From: Octopus vulgaris
Lineage: Eukaryota
DNA length: 64,000 nucleotides
Assembly: GCA_951406725.2 (NCBI GenBank)
Contig: OX597837.1
Coordinates: forward strand, 40,858,001-40,922,000
Reading direction: 5' to 3'
Below are positions 58,989-64,000 of the stretch, piece after piece (the first letter of the stretch is position 1; each line of letters opens with the position of its first letter). The notes beneath the pieces are model-generated. The model did no database searches, was not told the DNA's origin, and worked only from the letters and a program-made list of their open reading frames with translations. A program made the translations under genes and the position numbers.

Positions 58989-60316
58989 GTTGTTGTTGTT
59001 ACTGTTTTGGTGTTGTTGTTTTTGTTATTGTTGTTGCTGTTGTTGTTGTTTTTGTTGTTGTTGTTGTTAAGGCGGTGAGCTGAGAGAATCGTTAGCACGC
59101 TGCGCGAAATGCCTTGCGATGTTTCGTCCGAGTTCTGAGTTATATATATACTTACATACATGCATACACACACATATACTTACACGCACACACTCGCACA
59201 CACATACATACACACACATATGATGGGTTTCCATTTACTATTTTCACGCAAAAGGTATTAATCGGGCCCGAGGCTTATAGTAGAAGACACTTGCTCAAGG
59301 TGCCATGCAGTGGGACTGAACCCAGAACCATGCGGTTGGGAAGCAAGCATCTTACGACATATATTAGTGATTAAGCCGTCCTCAGTTCGTAACTGGTGCT
59401 TATGTCTATCGTCCCCGGAATACTTAAATGCAAATTTGGCTTCGACAGGATTTGAAATCACTACGCAAATGGTTATAACTGAACAATGCAAATCATTTTT
59501 TGCCATCGATGTATGATTCTGCTCGTTCACTGATTTGGCAAATAGAAGCAGTTTTTGTAATACATCGATGGGAAAACGTTTTAATGAGAACGCTTAGATT
59601 TCGTATCGAATTCGTATTTGGTAATGAAAGTTCGTAGTGAAAACTGCTATTGGAATCGTAATTTGCATCAAAGGAAAGATTTTCTCTCGTAAAATGAATA
59701 TGAACTGGTTTAAACTGCAACCGATAGAATGAAATGCAGATAGAGAGAGAGAGAGAAAGAAAGAGAGATAGACAGACAGAGACAGACAGAAAGTGACAGA
59801 GAACAGACATATAAAGTGTATGTGTGTGTATGTATGTGAGAGGGAGAGAGAGAAAGAGAAAGAAAGAGAGAGAAAGCGGGAAAGGAGGAATGGAAGAGAA
59901 AATGAGTGAATGAGTGAGCGAGCGAGAGAGTGAGTGAGTGAGAGGGAGAAGGAAGAGGGACAGACAGGTTGAGACAGATAGAGTCAGAGAGACAGACAGG
60001 AAAAGAAGGGAAGAGAGAGACAGATAATGACAAAAACAGACACAGAGGAAGGGAGAAACAGAGATATAGAGAGAGGGAGATATAGAGTGCGTGACAGATA
60101 GTGAGAAAGAGACAGAGAGCCAAAGACAGTGATAGAGAAAGACACACCAACAGAGACAGAGAGAGAGGGAGGGAGCCATCTTCGTTTCACTTTTAAAATC
60201 ATTTACTGAAGCAATGTTTATCGAAATTCTGAAGATGGTGCTTTATTTAAAGAAAAGCATTTTGTTATTAGTTTAGTTACAGCAGAATGAGTAAATGCAT
60301 TATGATATTTGGTCTA

Positions 60317-61128
60317 ATACCATTCTAGTGAAACTGCAAAGCTTTAGCATCAAGAAATCTACATTCCGGAACATGAGAACGACTCCGTAAGATACGATCC
60401 ATAATTTTCTAAGATGGCGAACTGGCAGAAACGTTAGTACGACGGGCGAAATGCTTAGCGGTATTTCGTCTGCCGCTACGTTCTGAGTTCGAATTCCACC
60501 GATGTAGACTTTGCCTTTCATCCTTTCGGGGTCGATTAAATAAGTACCAGTTATGCACTGGGGTCGATATAATTGACTTAATCCGTTTCTCTGTCCTTGC
60601 TTGTCCTCTCTGTGTTTAGCCCCTTGTGGGTAGTAAAGAAATCGGTATTTCGTCTGTTTTTATGCTCTGAGTTTAAAATACCGCCGAGGTTGACCTTGTC
60701 TTTCATCTTTTCGGGGTTGATAAATTAAGTACCAGTTGCGTACTGGAGTCGATCTAATCGACTGGCCTTCACCACAAACGTTTCGGGCCATGTGCCTAGA
60801 GTAGACAAGAATACCATTCTGGTGAGACTGCAAAGCTTTAGCATTAAAGAATGTACATACAGAAACAGGAGAACGACTCTGTAAATGTTAAAATACGATC
60901 CATACTGGCAGAATCGTTAGCACGTCGGGCGAAGTGCTTAGCGGTATTTCGTCTGCTGCTACGTTCTGAGTTCAAATTCCGCCGAGGTCGACTTTGCCTT
61001 TCATCCTTTCGGGGTCGATTAAATAAGTACCAGTTACGTACCGGGGTCGATATATTGGTTTAATCCGTTTGTCTGTCCTTGTTTGTCCTCTCTGTGTTTA
61101 GCCCCTTGTGGGTAGTAAAGAAATAGAA
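60317..61128 (+). mobile_element. Tandem array of SINE family C copies with a duplicated ~90-bp leader
   Basis: C copies at 60414, 60644 (partial) and 60905; leader taccattct..gaacgactc..atacgatccata at 60317 and 60810. Confidence 0.85.
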
Positions 61129-61380
61129 ATAGGTCTTTCGTCCTGTGAGTGGGTGAAATTACGGGATGTTAGTGTAATGAAATCGTGGTATTGCGTAAAT
61201 TTACTTTGCATTTTATATCACGGAGCACCAGTGTTGCTTAGTCCAGTCGATTTATTTTTAGTGACTTGATAGAATTGGTACCAGGAGCCAAATCAATCGA
61301 TGAAGTTTGATATAATACGATATGATATAAGATAAAATATATGTTATGATATATGATGTAGCATAATATAATATGATATA

Positions 61381-61752
61381 TATAATAAGGATTCGATATA
61401 GTTGTTAATTTGTACCCGGAGACGGTTCTTAAAGCGACAACTCGTAAAGCAGAGCAATAATTTCCCATAATAGTGATGGTATAGATTGTAATTAGTTCCC
61501 AAAAGAATATTTTACCTATAAAATTTATAATACACCTTAATAAATGACAATAAAACAACAGCAGAATATAAAAAATACTTTATGTAGAGTAAAAAGAATA
61601 TTATTATAATCACTTTCTGGATCACTTTCACTCTCTATAAAGTTCTCGGTAATACAAAGAAGCATTCCCTATGGTAATAGAAACTTTTGCACATCGTTCA
61701 AAATTTGGATCTTATCTCGTAAAGCGGGTACTCGTAAAGTGAGGTATTACTG
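61381..61752. mobile_element. pogo/Tigger-like MITE remnant
   Basis: Right end ctcgtaaagtgaggtattactg-TA; internal ctcgtaaagc repeats; left TIR decayed. Confidence 0.55.
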
Positions 61753-61766
61753 TATACATACATACA

Positions 61767-61802
<36 letters not shown>

Positions 61803-61807
61803 TATAT

Positions 61808-62144
61808 ATTCTTTTACTCTTTTAGTTGTTTCAGTCATTTGACTGCGGGTCTGCTGGAGCACCGCCGACCCCAGGACTTATCATTTGTAAGCCTAGTACT
61901 TATTCTATCGGGCTCTTTTGCTGAACCGCTAAGTTACGGGGACGTAAACACACCAACATCGGTTGTCAAGTGATAGTGGGAGGACAAACACAGACACCAA
62001 CACATACACACACACGCACACACACACACACACATATACATATATATATATACGACGGGCTTCTTTCAGTTTCCGTCTACCAAATCCACTCACAAGGCTT
62101 TGGTCGGCCCGAGGCTATAGTAGAAGACACCTGCCCAAGGTGCC

Positions 62145-62145
<1 letters not shown>
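61808..62145 (-). mobile_element. SINE family B (head missing)
   Basis: Close match to the 5404 copy in reverse. Confidence 0.9.
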
Positions 62146-62189
<44 letters not shown>

Positions 62190-62289
62190 GTTATATACGT
62201 GATGGTCACTTCCATCAATTTCGACGTTTGATGGAAAGGATTGAAAATTTGAAAATAAGAAATGATTTAGAATAGAAGCTGCATGTATT

Positions 62290-62705
62290 TGCATTGGATG
62301 CGGGAATGTATTTTCAGTGCAGCTATGGATTTGGCTAAGAAGTCACAATGAGGACAATGGCGGTTTCGATTTTACCTGGAATTAGACAAACGTGTCTGTT
62401 GACTGCAGGATATAATTCTTTTATTGTCCACTTTCTTCAACACAAATTGTTTAGATGCATCATGACACATTTTACGCCTCTCAGATCGATCTAGGCTATA
62501 ATTTATTCAAGATGCTGTGTTATGCTGTGTGTCTGTGTCGTTTGAGGCGCTAGTTCAAAGTAAAATGGTCAAACTGTCTAAAATAATGAACTCAGAGTTA
62601 GAAGGGAGAGTATCAAACATGTTTTCGGCAACTGTGAATTATAACGAAAGAATAAGAGCTTTCAATGCACGATGTGTTGAAGCTGAATGGTTTAAATTTC
62701 ACGCC
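62290..62705 (+). pseudogene. Possible highly decayed Tc1/maT transposase C-terminus
   Basis: AKKS..GQWRF, YAV..FEALVQSK, ELEGRVSNMF, ARCVEAE loosely resemble DYxVWxxLExKV...RxxxCxxAxG motifs. Confidence 0.3.
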
Positions 62706-62772
62706 ACAACGATCTTCAGGCGAGAACATATATATATATATATACATATGTTCTCGCCTGAATATGTATATT

Positions 62773-62819
<47 letters not shown>

Positions 62820-63280
62820 GTACACACGAACGAATATACATATATGTGTGTATGATGTTTGTATGCGTGTGTGATGTACTTTTGTACATCACATACAAAT
62901 GTCGGTGTCAGCGTGCGCGTGAGAGTGCATACGTCTGAGTGTGTGTGCATGTATGTGTGTGTGTGTGTTTGTGTGTTTGTGCTATCTTATTCAGCGCCGT
63001 AGAAAAAAATTCTTCAATCGTAAAATGTTTAAGATCTTTAACTTTAAACAGTTTTATTAAAAAATGCAAACTAAAAGAAAAGAAAGAAAAAAGAAAATAT
63101 GACCACTTCATCACACACAAGATTAAATGTAAAACTTAATGGATTTCACGTGAATAAAGCACTTTTAAACTTTTAAAGTGGTTACTTAATTTATTCATTG
63201 GAAAAAAATTAGCAAAAAAAATGTTTTTAAATTCCATTGCAAAAAATTTTGAAATGCAATACTAAATGTATTTATTTATT

Positions 63281-63292
63281 TATTATTATTAC

Positions 63293-63356
<64 letters not shown>

Positions 63357-63379
63357 ATTATTATTATTATTATTACTAC

Positions 63380-63410
<31 letters not shown>

Positions 63411-63459
63411 ATTATTATTATTATTATTATAATTATTATTATTATTATTATTATTATTA

Positions 63460-63547
<88 letters not shown>

Positions 63548-63575
63548 CATTATTATTATTATTATTATTATTATA

Positions 63576-63607
<32 letters not shown>

Positions 63608-63610
63608 TAC

Positions 63611-63697
<87 letters not shown>

Positions 63698-63732
63698 TAC
63701 TATTATTATTACTATTATTATTATTATTTTTA

Positions 63733-63767
<35 letters not shown>

Positions 63768-63826
63768 ATTATTATTATTATTATTACTACTAATATTATT
63801 ACTATTATTATTATTATTTTTTTTTA

Positions 63827-63869
<43 letters not shown>

Positions 63870-63882
63870 GTTGTTGTTGTTG
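63281..63882. repeat. 600-bp (TTA)n microsatellite
   Basis: Source of the poly-I/Y/N ORFs. Confidence 0.95.
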
Positions 63883-64000
63883 TTTGCATCCGTCTTCAAT
63901 TCGCAGTTGAACGAATTGGCATAAGATTGAAAGCATCACAACTATGAATGTTGCATCTTGTCTTTGTTTTTCGCTTTTTTTTTAAATATTGGCATAGTAT

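Overview
Very AT-rich eukaryotic DNA dominated by microsatellites: (TA)n, (CA)n, (TAGA)n, (CATA)n, (TAA)n and GA-rich tracts. The SINE, LINE and MITE landscape resembles a coleoid cephalopod, probably Octopus; this is inferred from repeat style, not from a search. No recognisable protein-coding gene is present, and almost all ORFs in the track are microsatellite artefacts. The window looks intronic or intergenic, with a few unique islands carrying promoter- or exon-like signals. Supported content: at least 4 tRNA-derived SINE types (here A-D) with modular tails; 3' fragments of R4/Dong, CR1-like and two RTE LINEs; mariner pseudogenes; Tc1/mariner, hAT and pogo MITEs; and two degenerate minisatellites (30 bp and 22 bp). 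The most striking signal is a set of sequence-unrelated minimal type-I hammerhead ribozymes of the Penelope-like/retrozyme type, mostly beside (TA)n tracts. The best example is a young 808-bp element (20234-21041) with two U3-A8 variant hammerheads 362 nt apart and a perfect 219-bp inverted repeat. Boundaries of diverged repeats are approximate.
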